Below the pieces are notes generated by a model. It was not told the origin of the DNA, did no database searches, and saw only the letters and a program-made list of their open reading frames with translations. Of a DNA stretch of 64,000 nucleotides, positions 38,801-52,832 are shown one piece after another. Both the position numbers and the translations under genes were made by a program. Numbering within the stretch: the stretch's first letter is position 1; each line of letters starts with the position of its first letter. Source of the DNA: Mobula hypostoma (Eukaryota); assembly GCF_963921235.1 (NCBI RefSeq), contig NC_086097.1:248001-312000 (forward strand), read 5' to 3'.

Positions 38801-40094
38801 GCCAGTCCTGCCTCTCCTGTAGCCAAGTTTCACTAATTACTATAACGTCATAATTCCACATGTCAATCCACGCCCTCAACTCATCCGCCTTCCCCGCAAT
38901 ACTCCTAGCATTGAAATATATACACCTCAGAAGATTTTTACCACCACTCACAACCTTTCTATTAGCGGATTTGCTTGAACTTTTAACATCATTTATTTTC
39001 ACCCCAGCCACACTGTCAGCTCTGGCACTCTGGTTCCCATCCCCCTGCAAATCTAGTTTAAAGCCTCCCCAATAGCATTAACAAACCTCCCTGAAAGGAT
39101 ATTGGTCCCCCTGTAGTTCAAGTGTAACCCGTCTCTCTTGTACAGGTCCCACCTGCCCCAGAAGAGGTCCCAATTATCCTGAAATCTGAAATCCTGCCCC
39201 CTGCACCAGTTCCTCAGCCACTTGTTCATCCTCCAGAGCATCCTATTCCTACCCTCACTGGCAAGTATCACAGCTTGTAAACACTTTTTTTAATCAGCTA
39301 AGAGTCTTTCAATTTTTGTTTGGGGGATTTTCACCCATTCTTCCTAGCAAAAGGCTTCTAGCTCTATGAGATTCTTGGGCCATCTTGCATATACTGCTCT
39401 TTTGAGGTCTATCCACAGATTCTCGATGATGTTTAGGTCAGGGGACTGTGAGGGCCATGGCAAAACCTTCTGCTTGCACCTCTTGAGGTAATCCATTGTG
39501 GATTTTGAGGTGTGTTTAGGTTCATTATCCTGTTGTAGAAGCCATCCTCTTTTCATCTTTGGCTTTTTTACAGATGGTGTGATGTTTGCTTCCAGAATTT
39601 GCTGGTATTTAATTTAATTCATTCTTCCCTCTAACAGTAAATGTTTCCTGTGCAACACAAGCCCAAAGCATGATCGATCCACTCCCGTGCTTAACAGTTG
39701 GAAAGGGGTTCTTTTCATGAAATTCTGCACCCTTTTTTCTCCAAACATACCTTTGCTCATTGAGGCCAAAAAGTTCTATTCAAAAGGTTCAAAGGAACAT
39801 CTAAACAAGCCTGATGCATTTTGGAAACAAGTGTTGTGGACTGATGAAGTTAAAATAGAACTTTTTGGCCGCAATGAGCAACGGTATGTGCCCAAACTTT
39901 TGCTTTGGGCCCTTTTCCTTTTTTGTTATTTTGAAATTGTAAAAGATGGAAATAAAAAAGTTTTCTTTCTTAAAATATTAAAGAAATGTGTCATCTTTAA
40001 CTTTATGCCTTTTGGAAATCAGTTCATCTTTTACTCAGCTATTCACAGTAACAGAAATTTTGATCAGGGGTGCACAAACTTTGGCATGCCACTG
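35839..40094 (-). mobile_element. Tc1-family element with ~190-bp inverted repeats (35839-36027 and 39889-40094), split by a 3.2-kb CR1 and internally rearranged
   Basis: Minus strand QQDNEPKHTSK and WPSQSPDLNIIENLW; plus strand FWKQVLWTDEVKIELFG. The inverted repeats match by eye. Confidence 0.85.
36054..39262 (-). mobile_element. Young CR1 LINE with near-intact ORF2 (APE 37998-39050, RT 36227-38008) and the end of ORF1
   Basis: ORFs of 350 and 593 aa separated by a frameshift. Motifs [38 protein letters not shown]. The catalytic FADD motif reads FPDD. Confidence 0.95.
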
Positions 40095-41097
40095 AGAATT
40101 AATGCTGTTTTAAAGGCAAAGTTTTGTCACGCCAAATATTGATTTGATTTAGTTTTTTTTACTGTTTACTGCTCTTCATAGTTTTTTAATATTTAGAAAC
40201 ATTTCATTTAATTATTCTTGAAAGCATCTTTGCTTTACAGAATTTTTTTGCATGTGCATGAGACTTTTGTACATTTCTGTGTGAGGAGCATTTGATGGCT
40301 CTGGGCCTGTATTCACTAGAGTTTAAAAGGATGAGGGAGGAGCTCATTGAAATCTATCAAATATTGAAAGGCCTAGGTAGAATGGATATGGAGAGGATGT
40401 TTCCTATAGTGGGTAAGTCTAATAGCAGAGGGCACAACCTTAGAATAGAAGGATATCCATTTAGAACTGGGATGAGGAGGAATTCATTGCCATAGATGTC
40501 TATGAAGGCCAAGTCATTGGGTATATTTAAAACAAATATTTGGAGTTTTTTGATTAGTCAGGGCAACAGATGTATGGGGAGAAGGCAGATTAATGGGGTT
40601 GAGAGGGAAAATAAATCAGCCATAATGGAATGTTGGAGCAGGCTCGATGGACTGACTGGCAGAATTCTGCTCCAAAATCTTATGGTCTAATGCAGAATAA
40701 ATTGTGTCAATTGCAGAGTAAGTGTTGCTAAACAATAAGATGCAAAATCATAACTTGGTAGAATGTGAGATTAAGAGACCGCCCCCCCCCCAACTCATTT
40801 TATAGGTTGTGTATATGAGTGCTGACATAACGTCACAAATAGAAAATTCAACAAGATGCTGGGAAGGTACCCAGGCAATGCACAGGTCTCTGTGCAACAC
40901 AGAGAATGATTTCATATATGTAATAAACAGAAGTTAACAAATAATAGAAAAAAACTACATTAAACAAAAACTGAAGATCTTGATTGTGTATTGAAAGAAT
41001 AGATTTATCAGCGACAGAGTGAACATATACTGCTTAACAGTATGCTGATCATGAGCAAAGCAAAGATCTTTCATGGCAAACTGAAAATTGAATGTAA

Positions 41098-41508
41098 TTG
41101 TGAATATTCAGCAGGCTGGTTGCAGAATTTAAGTAAAGGCATACCATAAGATTTTTAAAGATTTGTGGTGATAGAGCAACGGAGAAAATCATTAGAGTTT
41201 GCCAAGGTTGTCGCTGATGAAAATCTAACCTGCTGAATGGTGTAATGAACAAGTGGAGGACAAAGACTGTTTACTGGTACCACATAAATTCAGAGTTGGC
41301 TGTTATGGCAACGACAAACAGCCACTGATTGTCCACCTGGGCAGCTGAGGTAGCGATAGTTTACCTTTTTGATAGTTCAATGTACAGTGTACATTTTATT
41401 GTTTCATTTATAAAATTAACCCTAGGTAATTTCTAAAGTAAGTACATGTTTGGCACAGCATTGTGGGCCGAAGGGCGTGTATTGTGCTGTAGGTTTTCTA
41501 TGTTTCTA
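41098..41508 (+). mobile_element. Candidate SINE or chimeric retroelement: ~320-nt unrecognised body plus CR1 3'UTR (copy 1)
   Basis: Aligns over its whole length with 59263-59655 in inverted orientation. The CR1 tail begins at taaccctaggtaatttc (41417). Confidence 0.7.
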
Positions 41509-41555
41509 TTATTAAAATATTATATAAATCTACATCAGGGCATATGTATAAGCTA

Positions 41556-41746
41556 TACAAACATGAGAAAATTTGCAGATGCTGGAAATCCAAAGCAATA
41601 CAAATAAAATGCTGGAGGAAGTCAGCTGCCCTGGTAGCATCTATGGAAAAGTTTAAACAGTCGACTTTTCAGGTCAAGACCCTTCACATTAGGTACAGTT
41701 CTGATGAAGGGTCTTGGCCCAAATAGTCGACTGTTTACTCTTTCCC
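41556..41746. repeat. Divergent pair of PLE hammerhead modules
   Basis: Minus copy ~41556-41690 and plus copy ~41696-41746 (cagtt CTGATGA agggtcttggccc aaat agtc gactg). TSD atgtataagct at 41544-41554 and 41747-41757. Confidence 0.78.
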
Positions 41747-42599
41747 ATGTATAAGCTGTATATGTAATGTAAATGAATTTTGTGTTTATATTTGTGTCCC
41801 ATCTCCAAGGTATCTCATCATATCAATGCAAATATTCCAGAATCCAAAAAAAAATTCCAAAACACCTCCGGCTCCAAGCATTTCAGATAAGGAATGCTCA
41901 GCCTGTACTAGGAAATCATTTAATATTTTTATAACAGCAGGGTGGAAGCTGTCTTTGAGCTTGTTGGTAGGTGTCTTCAGGCTTCTGTATCTGTTCGATG
42001 GGAGAAGAGAGAATATCTGGGGTGGTGATTGATTATCCTGGCTACTGTACTGAGGTAGTGAAAAGTCTCACAAGCATGTTGCCAAGATTGGAGGGCTTGA
42101 GGAAGAATGAGAGATTGGATAGGCCGGGACTGTTTTCCTTTGAGCAAGGGAAGCTGAAAGGTGACCTTTTTGAGGTCTATAAAATTATGAGCAACAGAGG
42201 TGAGGAGGATAGACGGTCTTTTTCCCTGGGCAGAGGAAGCTGAAACTGCAGGGCACAAGTTTAAGATGAGAGAAAGGATTTGAGGGATTGGTTTCCCACA
42301 CTGAGGGTATTGGATGGAATGAACTGTTAGATGTAGTGAGAAGTAAAATGACAATGTTTAAAAGTCATTTGGATAGGCTCATGAATAGGAAAGGTTCAGA
42401 GGGTGATGGGCCAAACACAGCATTTTAGTTGGCATGGGCAAGTTGGATTGAATGTCTATTTCCATGCTGTATAACTCCGTTAATCTATGAAATGTAAATC
42501 TATTAGTGTACTCTCCATCTTCCAGATGCTATTTTTACATTTCTGATGGTAACCTGTTCTCTTTCTGTCTTGTGTGCTTTTTCTTGTGAATATCTCCAG

Positions 42600-42708
42600 C
42601 TCTGTGCAATCCTGGGGTCTTGCCTCGTTCCCTTTGCATATCTCATTGTTTTGGAGCTGACCAGGTCACTCACTGCTGCACTTGTTGCTGCTGTTGTTCT
42701 GATATTTG
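42600..42708 (+). CDS. POMT2: POMT2 internal coding exon (equivalent to human exon 4), 109 nt: LCAILGSCLVPFAYLIVLELTRSLTAALVAAVVLIF(D), transmembrane segments
   Basis: Long pyrimidine tract ending tatctccag, donor TTTG|gtaagt, phase 0/1. Similar to human [37 protein letters not shown] (recalled). Confidence 0.95.
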
Positions 42709-43679
42709 GTAAGTTTCTCACTGATTATATTTTAATATCTTGTTTCAATATGTTGGTGTCATTGGAAAAATTCAGATTATGCCAAGGTATATATCCAAAC
42801 AAACATTTTTTGTGAAATGGGCCCGTTGGGGCATCCAAATGCCTTCTTTACTCCCTCATCCAATTGTCTTGCCACTTTCAGCAAGCTATGGACTTGCAAC
42901 CTAATGTCTCTCTTCACTTGAGGCTCCTTGACATCCATTCACTTGCTTTATGTGTCATCCAGAATTGCACTTCCCAAAGTACATTACGGTACATTTGTCA
43001 TGATGAAGTTCCATTTGCCACTACTGTACTTAACCTTATAACTAATCCATGTCCTGCAGTATTCAAAAAGAATATTGTTTGTTGTGTACAACTCTAGTAA
43101 TTTTCTTGTTGTGTATAAATTTACTCAACATCTAGCACAAAAAAAACTGCTAGTGTAACTCAGCAAGTCAGGCAGTATCTATGCAGGGAAATAGACAGTT
43201 GATGATTCAGGAAGACTCTTCATCTGAACGGGTATTCAAATGATAGATATATTAAATAATAGGTGTATTAGGTACGGAGGAGATGTCGGGGTAAGTTTTT
43301 TATGCAGAGAGTTGTGTGTGTGTGGAATGGGCTGCCAGCGACGGTGCTGGAGGCGGATATGACAGGGTCTTTTAAGAGACTCCTGGATAGGTACATGGAG
43401 CTCAGTAAAATAGATGGCTATGGGTAACTCTACGTAATTTCTTGGGTAAGGACATGTTCGGCACAGCTTTGTGGACCGAAGGGCCTGTACTGTGCTGTAG
43501 GTTTTCTTTGTTTCTATGTCTGTTTGGTTCCACCTAACCTGTTTTGTAAGCATAAGACATAGGAGCAGGATTAGACCATTCGGCCCATTGAGTCTGCTCC
43601 ACTATTCCATCGTGGTGATGTATTATCCCTCTCAACCCCATTCTCCTGTCTTCTCACCGTAACCTTTCATGCCCTGACT

Positions 43680-45345
43680 CAGTGAATACTTCTCTTTGTT
43701 ATTTACCAATGAGAGGGAACTTGATGACGGTGAGGACAATATGAGTGAGGTTGATGTTCTGGAGCATGTTGATATTAAGGGAGAGGAGGTGTTAGAGTTC
43801 TTAAAATACATTAGGATGGATAAGTCCCCAGGGCCTGACGGAATATTCCCCAGGCTGCTCCACGAGGCGAGGGAAGAGATTGCTGAGCCTCTGGCTAGGA
43901 TCTTTATGTCCTCGTTGTCCACGGGAATGGTACCGAAGGATTGGAGGGAGGTGAATGTTGTCCCCTTGTTCAAAAAAGGTAGTAGGGATAGTCTGGGTAA
44001 TTATAGACCAGTGAGCCTTACGTCTGTGGTGGGAAAGCTGTTGGAAAAGATTCTTAGAGATAGGATCTCTGGGCATTTAGAGAATCATGGTCTGAGCAGG
44101 GACAGTCAGCATGGCTTTGTGAAGGGCAGATCGTGTCTAACAAGCCTGATAGAGTTCTTTGAGGAGATGACCAGGCATATAGATGAGGGTAGCGCAGTGG
44201 ATGTGATCTATATGGATTTTAGTAAGGCATTTGACAAGGTTCCACACGGTAGGCTTATTCAGGGATCCAGGGAAGTTTGGCCAGGTGGATTCAGAATTGG
44301 CTTACCTGTAGAAGGCAGAGGATCGTGGTGGAGGGAGTACATTCGGATGGGAGGGTTGTGACTACTCGTGTCCCACAAGGATCAGTTCTGGGACCTCTAC
44401 TTTTAGTGATTTTTATTAACGACCTGGATGTTGGTGTCGAAGGGTGGGTTAGCAAGTTTGCAGACGACACAAAGGTTGGTGGTGTTGTGGGTAGTGTAGA
44501 GGATAGTCGAAGATTGCAGAGAGACATTGATAGGGTGCAGAAGTGGGCTGAGAAGTGGCAGATGGAGTTCAACCTGGAGAAATGTGAGGTGATATACTTT
44601 GGAAGGACAAACTCCAAGGCAGAGTACAAAGTAAACGGCAGGATACTTGGTAGTGTGGAGGAGCAGAGGGACCTGGGGGTGCATGTCCACAGATCCCTGA
44701 AAGTTGCCTCACAGGTGGATAGAGTAGTTAAGAAAGCTTATGGGGTGTTAGCTTTCATAAGTCAAGGGATAGTGTTTAAGAGTCGCGAGGTAATGATGCA
44801 GCTCTATAAATCTCTGGTTAGACTGCACTTGTAGTACTGTGTCCAGTTCTGGTCGCCTCACTATAGGAAGGATGTGGAAGCATTGGAAAGGGCACAGAGG
44901 AGATTTACTAGGATGCTGCCTGGTTTAGAGAGTATGGATTATGATCTGAGATTAAGGGAGCTGGGGCTTTGCTCTTTGGAGGGAAGGTGGATGAAAGGAG
45001 ACATGATAGAGGTATACAAGATATTAAGGGGAATCAATAGTGTGGATAGCCAGCACCTCTTCCCCAGGGCACCACTGCTCAATACAAGAGGACATGGCTT
45101 TAAGGTAAGGGGTGGGAAGTTCAAGGGGGATATTAGAGGAAGGTTTTTTACTCAGAGAGTGGTTGGTGCGTGGAATGCATTGCCTGAGTCAGTGGTGGAG
45201 GCAGATACACTAGTGAAATTTAAGAGACTGCTAGACAGGTATATGGAAGAATTTAAGGTGGGGGCTTATGTGGGAGGCAGGGTTTGAGGGTCGGCACAAC
45301 ATTGTGGGCCGAAGGGCCTGTACTGTGCTGTACTATTCTATGTTC
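43680..45345 (+). mobile_element. Young CR1, RT through 3'UTR
   Basis: Three successive RT ORFs (43696, 44277, 44874); tail tattctatgttct; same subfamily as 56361-58810 and 10915-11325. Confidence 0.93.
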
Positions 45346-45349
45346 TGTG

Positions 45350-48300
45350 TAATCAAGAACCTATCAACCTCCATCTTAAATGTTCCCAATGACTTGGCCT
45401 CCACAGCTGTCATTGGCAATTCATTACATAATTTTCTTACCCTCCAGGTAAAGAAATTCCTCCTCAACTCTGTTCCAGATGGACATCCCTCTATTTTGAG
45501 GCTGTGCCCTCTGGTCCTAGACTCCTGACTTCCCCATGATAGGAAGCATCCTAATCACATCCATATTTCCAGGACTTTCAGTATTAGATAGGTTTCAGTG
45601 AGATTCCCCCACATTCTTTCAAATGTCAGTGAGTTCAGGTCCAGACCATCAAACACTCTTCATACATTAACCCATTCATTTCAGGAATCATTCTTGTGAG
45701 CCTCCTTGGACGTTCTCCAATGCCAGCACATCCTTTCGTAGATAAGGGGCCCAAAATTGCTCACAGTCCTCCAAGTGCAGCCTCGTAAAGCATTACATCC
45801 TTGCTCTTATATTCTGGTTCTCTTGGAATGAGTGCTAAGATTGCAATTGCTTTCCTTACCACAAACTTACCTTGCAAGTTAGCCTTTAGGGAATCCTGCA
45901 TGAGGATTCCAAATCCCTTTTTACACTTGCAATTTCTTAGTTCTACCCACAAAGATTCTGTCTGCTTTCCAATCGTCTGTCTCCTTTTTTGAACAATTTG
46001 ATTTCATTTTTTTACCAACAGAGCAGTGCCATCCCTTCTGCCTTCCTATATTTCCTTTTGATAGTGTGCATTCTTGAATATTAAGCTCCAAATATGATCT
46101 TCAGCCACGACACAGTGATGCTCACAATGTCAGAGCTGCTAATCTCTAATTGTGCTACGAGATCATCTACTCTATTTCGTCTACTACGTGCATTCAAATA
46201 TAACATATGCAGTCGTATTTTCATCACCCTTTTCAATTTTAGACCATTTCAAAGGGGCAGAATTAGGCCATTGCTAAGGATGTTCTAAATACCTCAGCTC
46301 AGTCCCCTGCAATTTCTGCACTAGCCTCCTACAAGTTCACAGGCCCTGGTGATTTATCCACCCTATGTTAGACCATAAAACCATAAGATATAGCAGCAGA
46401 ATTAGGCAATTTGGCCCATCAAATCTGCTCCGCCATTTCATCATAGCTGATCTATTTTTTCTCTCAGCCCCAATCTCCTGCTTTCTCCATGTATTCCTTC
46501 GTGCCCTGACCAGTCAAGAATTTACCAACCTCTGCCATAAAATATATGTGAGCTCTTGGCCTCCACAGCCACCTGTGGCAACAAATTCACCACACTCTGG
46601 CTAAAGACGTTCTTCCTCATCTCCGTTCTAAAAGGATGCCCCTCTATTCTGTGGCTATGTCCTCTGGTCTTAGATTCTCCCACCAAAGGAAACATTCTCT
46701 CCACATCCACGCTATCAAAGCTTTTCAAAATTTGATAGGTTTCAATGAGGTAACCCTCATTCTTCTGAATTCCAGTGAATACAGGCCCAGAACCATCAAG
46801 TGCTCTTCATATGACAAGCTATTCAAACCTAGAATCTTTTTAGTAAAACTCCTTTGAACCCTTTCTAGTTTCAGCACATTCTTTCTAAGATAAGGGGCCA
46901 AAACAATTTACAATACCCCAAGTGAAGCCTCACCAGTGCTTTTGCATCCATGTTACACTTCAACTCATCCCACTGACTTCAATTTTGTCCTATCATCTGC
47001 CTGTCTTTCCTGACAGTCTCAGTACATACTGCATCTACCTGCAAGGTTATTGGTGCCCCTTGTAATCTGTCCTTTTTGTACAGGTCATACCCTCCCCAGA
47101 AGAGATCCCAATGATCCAGAAATCTGAAACCCTGTCCCCTGCACTAATTCCTCAGATATACCTTCATCTGCCAAATCTTCCGACCAAACTCCGTACATTC
47201 TTTCTTCAGAACCTCATCCCTTTTCCTACCTACATAGTTTGTACCACTATGTACCCACAGCGGGGAAATCGGGTGTTCTTGAAAAGTTGATCTTGTGTCA
47301 TCAGACTCTTGTCCTGTGCATTGATGCCTCCGTCCCAGATGATGATGCAACTAGTCAGGATGGCAGTCAAGGGAGCAATGAAAGGCAGATAGGGGAGTCT
47401 ATTCTTTGTGCAGTAAACCAGGAGGTGGAGAGGAGCAAAAAATAAGTAATGGGTGGCTGCATACAGGGTGGCATATGATAAGAACAAAAATAGGTTGACT
47501 GAAAGGAGAGCACTGGAGATAAGGATTACTTGAAACTTGAAAATTCAGTGTTTACATCTCATATCTCAGCTGGGTAGTCCACAACACTGCCAAGAACATT
47601 GAATTTTCCATTTTCAGATACCACGTGCTCCCTTCTCTGCCGATCCACCCATGTTCTCTCTCCCATTCTGCACATCACTGCCACTGAGGAGACGTTGGAT
47701 TTTGTCGAGGGAGAGAGAGTTCAAAAGTTGCGAATGGGGACAGCTGAGACATTCTGCATGCGAGGAGGTGTTGGATTGTGCATCACTAGGCATCTGGCAA
47801 GGGCCAACATAAAGAAGTAGGAGTGTGCCAGTGTTTGAGTTGTGAGATTAGGCTTTGACTCTTCGAGGCTTTAGCAAAGAGAGACAAAGGTTGTTGGAAG
47901 ATGTGCACATTTTATTGCAAGGTGTATCGTACGAAAGGTAGTTAAAAAATACATGTGGACTGAGATGTTAACTGTCCTGTGCTGTCACCAGTGGGATCAT
48001 CAGTTGATCTGCCACCTGTCCTCAGCAGTTTCGGCCCGCTTATGATCAAGACTCCCTCGAGGTGGTGGGCCAGCAGTGCTAAAGTGTATCAGGTAGATGT
48101 ATTTTGAGCACAGATCAGCACAATGAATTAAGACATTATCACCATTAGTGAGACGTGGTTGTAGGAGGGGCAGGACAGGCAGCTCAGTGTTCTGGGGCTT
48201 CATTGTTTTAGATTTGATGGAGGGAAGGAATTGAAGGGGGAGGGTGGCATTACTAATCAGAGAAAATGTCACAGAGGTGCTCAGTTTGGACAGTCTGGAG

Positions 48301-48430
48301 AACTCATTTAGTGAGACTTTATGCGTAGAATTGAGGAATGAAAAAGGAATAACCACGTAAATGAGATTATATTGTAGACCACCCAAAAGTCAGCAGGATT
48401 TAGAGGAGCAAATTTGTAGAGATTGCAGAC
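45350..48430. mobile_element. Mosaic of degraded CR1 fragments with small PLE and other remnants
   Basis: Scattered CR1 motifs (ERMFPLVGESKTRGH, WVELRNCK). Boundaries not resolved. Confidence 0.65.
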
Positions 48431-48431
48431 T

Positions 48432-51400
48432 GTTCAAAATTCAGAAGTTCAAAGTAAATGTTTTTATCAGAGTGCATACATGTCACCACATACAACCCTG
48501 AGATTCTTTTTCCCATGGACAAACTTGCAAATCTATAGAACAGTATCTGTAAACAGGATCAATGAACAACAATCTGTAAATGAAAATATTAAAAAAGAGC
48601 AATGAATAACAAGAATGAAATGACAAGATGAAGAGTTTTCAAAGTTAGACCATCGGTTGTGAGAACACCAGAAATAGGATGAATGTAGTTATCACCTTTA
48701 GTTCAAGAGCCTGATGGTTGAGGCGTTGTTAGAAAAATAGAGGAGCTATGGGTGACCTTAGGTAATTTCTAAGTAAGTACATGTTCAGCACGGCATTGTG
48801 GCTGAAAGGCCTGTATTGTGCTGTAGGGTTTCTATGTTTCTATGTAGTAACTGCTCTTGAACTTGGTGGTGTGAGTCCTGAAGCACTTGCACCTTCTATC
48901 TGGTGGCAGCAGCGAGAAAAGAGCATGAACTGGGTGGTGAGGATCTTTGATGATGGATGCTGCTTTTCTACAGCAACGTTTCATGTAGATGTACTCAATG
49001 GTTGGGAGGGCTTTATCCATGAGGTACTGGGCTGAATCCGCAACCTTTTGTAGGATTTTACGCTAAGGCATTGGTGTTTCTATACCAGGATGAAATGTAG
49101 CCAGTCAGCACACTTTCCACAGATCTATATAGGTTTGCCAAGGTTTTTGATGACATGCCGAATCTCTGCAGACTCTTGAGGAAGTAGAGGCGCTGTCATG
49201 CTTTCTTTGAAACTATATTTATATGATCAGTTCAGGACAGGCCCTCTGAGTAAGACCATAAAACAAAGGAGCAGAAGTCGGTCATTCGGCCCATCGAGTC
49301 TGCCACGTCATTTTATCATGAGCTGATCCATTCTCCCATTTAGTCCTACTCCCCCACCTTCTCACCATAACCTTTGATGCCCTGGCTACTCAGATACCTA
49401 TCAATCTCTGCCTTAAATACACCCAATGACTTGGCCTCCACTGCCGCCCGTGGCAAAAAATTCCACAGATTCACCACCCTCTGGCTAAAAAAATTTCTTC
49501 GCATTTCTGTTCTGAATGGGCGCCCTTCAATCCTTAAGTCATGCCCTCTCGTACTAGACTCCCCCATCATGGGAAACAACTTTGCCACATCCACTCTGTC
49601 CATGCCTTTCAACATTCGAAATGTTTCTATGAGGACTCCCCTCATTCTTCTAAACTCCAAGGAATACAGTCCAAGAGCAGACAAACGTTCCTCATATGTT
49701 AACCCTCTCATTCCCGGAATCATTCCAGTGAATCTTCTCTGTACCCTCTCCAACGTCAGCACATCCTTTCTTAAATAAGGAGACCAAAACTGCCCACAGT
49801 ACTCCAAGTGAGGTCTCACCAGCACCTTATAGAGCCTCAACATCACATCCCTGCTCCTATACTCTATTCCTCTAGAAATGAATGCCAACATTGTATTCGC
49901 CTTCTTCACCACCGACTCATCCTGGAGGTTAACCTTAAGGGTATCCTGTACGAGGATTCCCAAGTCCCGTTGCATCCCCATTTAAATAATAGTCTGCCCG
50001 TTTATTTCTTCTGCCAAAGTGCATAATCGTACACTTTCCAACATTGTATTTCATTTGTCACTTCTTTGCTCATTCTTCCAATCTATCCAAGTCTCTCTGC
50101 AGGTTTCCTGTTTCCTCAGCACTACCGGCCCCTCCACCTATCTTCGTATCATCAGCAAACTTAGCCACAAAGCTATCTATTCCGTAATCCAAATCGTTGA
50201 TGTACAATGTAAAAAGAAGCGGCCCCAACACAGACCCCTGTGGAACACCACTGGTAACCGGCAGCCAACCAGAATAGGATCCCTTTATTCCCACTCTCTG
50301 TTTCCTGCCAATCAGCCAACACTCTATCCATGTATGTAACTTTCCCGTAATTCCATGGGCTCTTATCTTGTTAAGTAGCCTCATGTGTGGCACCTTGTCA
50401 AAGGCCTTCCGAAAATCCAAATATACAACATCCACTGCATCTCCCTTGTCTAGCCTACTTGTAATTTCCTCAAAAAATTGTAATAGGTTTGTCAAGCAGG
50501 ATTTTCCTTTAAGGAATCCATGCTGAGTTCTGCCTATCTTGTTATATGCCTCCAGGTACTCTGTAACCTCATCCTTGACAATCGACTCCAACAACTTCCC
50601 AACCACCGATGTCAAGCTAACAGGTCTATAATTTGCTTTTTGCTTCCTTGCCCCCTTCTTAAATAGCGGAGTGACATTTGCAATCTTCCAGTCCTCCGGA
50701 ACCATGCCAGAATCTATCGACTGTTGAAAGACCATCGCTAATGCCTCCGCAATCTCCACAGCTACTTCCTTCAGAACACGAGGGTGCATTCCATCTGGTC
50801 CAGGAGATTTATCTACCTTTAGACTATTCAGCTTCCTGAGTAATTTCTCTGTTGTAATTGTGACTGCACACACTTCTCTTCCCTGCCACCCTTGAGTATA
50901 CTGCTGATGTCTTCCTCAGTGAAGACTGATGCAAAATACTCGTTCTGGCTCATGGACCTGTCGTTTCCCCCTCCTGAAGTCCACAATCAGTTCCCTGATC
51001 TTATTGACATTGAGAGATTGTTGTTATTACACCACTCAGCTAAATTTTCAATCTCCCTCCTCTATGCAGATTCATCATCACCTTTGATATGGCTCACAAC
51101 AGTAGTATCATCAGCAAACTTGTAAAGTATATGGTGTTGAAGCTGTACTTAACCACATAGTCATAGGTGTAAAGCGAGTGGAGCAGAGGGCAAAGCGCAT
51201 ATTCCTGTGATGCTCCTGTGCTGATAGAGATTGTGGAGAAGACGTTTTTACCAATCCGAACTGACTGGCATATGCAAGAGAGGAAATCCAGGATCCAATT
51301 ACAGAAGGGGGTCTTGAGGTCCAGGCCTTTGGTTTACTGATTAGTTTTGAGGGATGATTATAGTAAATGCTGAGCTGTAAATGGTAAAGAGCATCCTGAT

Positions 51401-51750
51401 GTATGCAACTTTGCTGTCCAGATGTTCCAAGGTTGTGTGAAAAGCCAATGAGATGGTATCTGTTGTAGACCTGTTGCTTCTGTAGACAAATTGGAGCAGA
51501 TCCAAGTCGCCACTCATACAGGAGCTGATCTGTTTCAACGCCAGCCTCTCAGTACACTTCATCACTGTGGATGTGAGTGCCACTGGACGATGGTCATTGA
51601 GATAGGTTACCATACTCTTCTTGGGCACCATTATTATTGAAGCCTGCTTGAAGCAGGTGGGTACCGCACACTGGTGGAGTGAGAGATTGAAGATATCTGT
51701 GAACACACCAGCCAGTTAATTAGCGCAGGCCTTCACTACTTGGCCAGGTT
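48432..51750 (-). mobile_element. Rex1/Babar LINE (48432-49250 and 50950-51750) split by a young CR1
   Basis: [54 protein letters not shown]. Confidence 0.8.
49251..50945 (-). mobile_element. Young CR1, RT through 3'UTR
   Basis: ORFs 50070-50873 (267 aa, FADD intact) and 49346-49981. Confidence 0.93.
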
Positions 51751-52832
51751 GGAATTGGAATTTGGAATTTTTTGCCACGAGCGGCTGTGGAGGAAAAGTC
51801 ATTGGGTGCATTGAAGGCAGAGATAGATAGGTTCTTGATTAGCCAGGGCATCAAAGGGTATGGGGTGAAAGCAGGGGAGTGGGGACTGGAAGAATTGGAT
51901 CAGCCATGATTGAATGGTGGAGCAGAATCGATGGGCTGAATGGCCTACTTCTCCTATATCTTATGGCCTTATGGATGGGAGGAGTATGGAAGGTTTTGGT
52001 CCCTGTGCAGGTCACTGGATCTAGGCAGATTAATAGTTCAGCATGGAATAGATGGACCGAAGGGCCTTGTTCTCTGCTGTCGTGTTCAATGAGTCTCTGA
52101 CTCCTTTTTCTGAGCACTCACACTCCCCCAGCACATCACTCAATTTTGTTTCCTTTGCCAACCTTGTATCTACTTATGATACAAAGAGTACATCATGTGA
52201 GTGTCCTCTCCACTCTTCCAGCTCATTCCATCTGCCAGCCCTTTCTACCTGAACGTCCTGCCTTCTTTATTTAGTAAATTCCATCATCTGCTGCACTTTG
52301 TCTCCACTTCTCGCCTTACAGCCTCTGTCTCCCTTCCCTCCCGTCTGGCACTGTCTGCCCTTACCTTCCTTCTCCTTGTCTGTTTCTGTCCATCACAGCA
52401 TGCGGTGTTTCTGCTTTTTGCTCTTAGTCATAGTCATAGTCATGCTTTATTGATCCCGGGGGAAAATTGGTTTTCGTTACAGTTGCACCATAAATAATAA
52501 ATAGTAATAAAACCATAAATAGTTAAATAGTAATATGTAAATTATGTAAGGAAATAAGTCCAGTCTTGTGAAGTGCATTCTGTTCTGCGTATTGCTTCAT
52601 TGTTTCTTCAACAGTGTTGGGGCTTTGTTCATATGTTTGACAATGGCATTGTTAATTGTAATCTGAGTACCCCAGATTGTTGAAGAGAATTTAAGTGTTG
52701 ACCAGGTCTGGACCAGCTTTGATCTGAAATCTGTGGTGTTGATGGAGCTGATGCTGTTCAATCCATATGCAACAATATCTTTCTATTGGCAGACATTGGA
52801 TGAATTACTGTAACTTTTGTTTTTCTTGGCAG

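Noticed and set aside
41205..41350. C/D-box snoRNA origin for the candidate SINE body (tgatga...ctga)
   Set aside because: No terminal stem or recognisable guide sequence, and the small hairpin ggctgtt/aacagcc is not conserved in the second copy.
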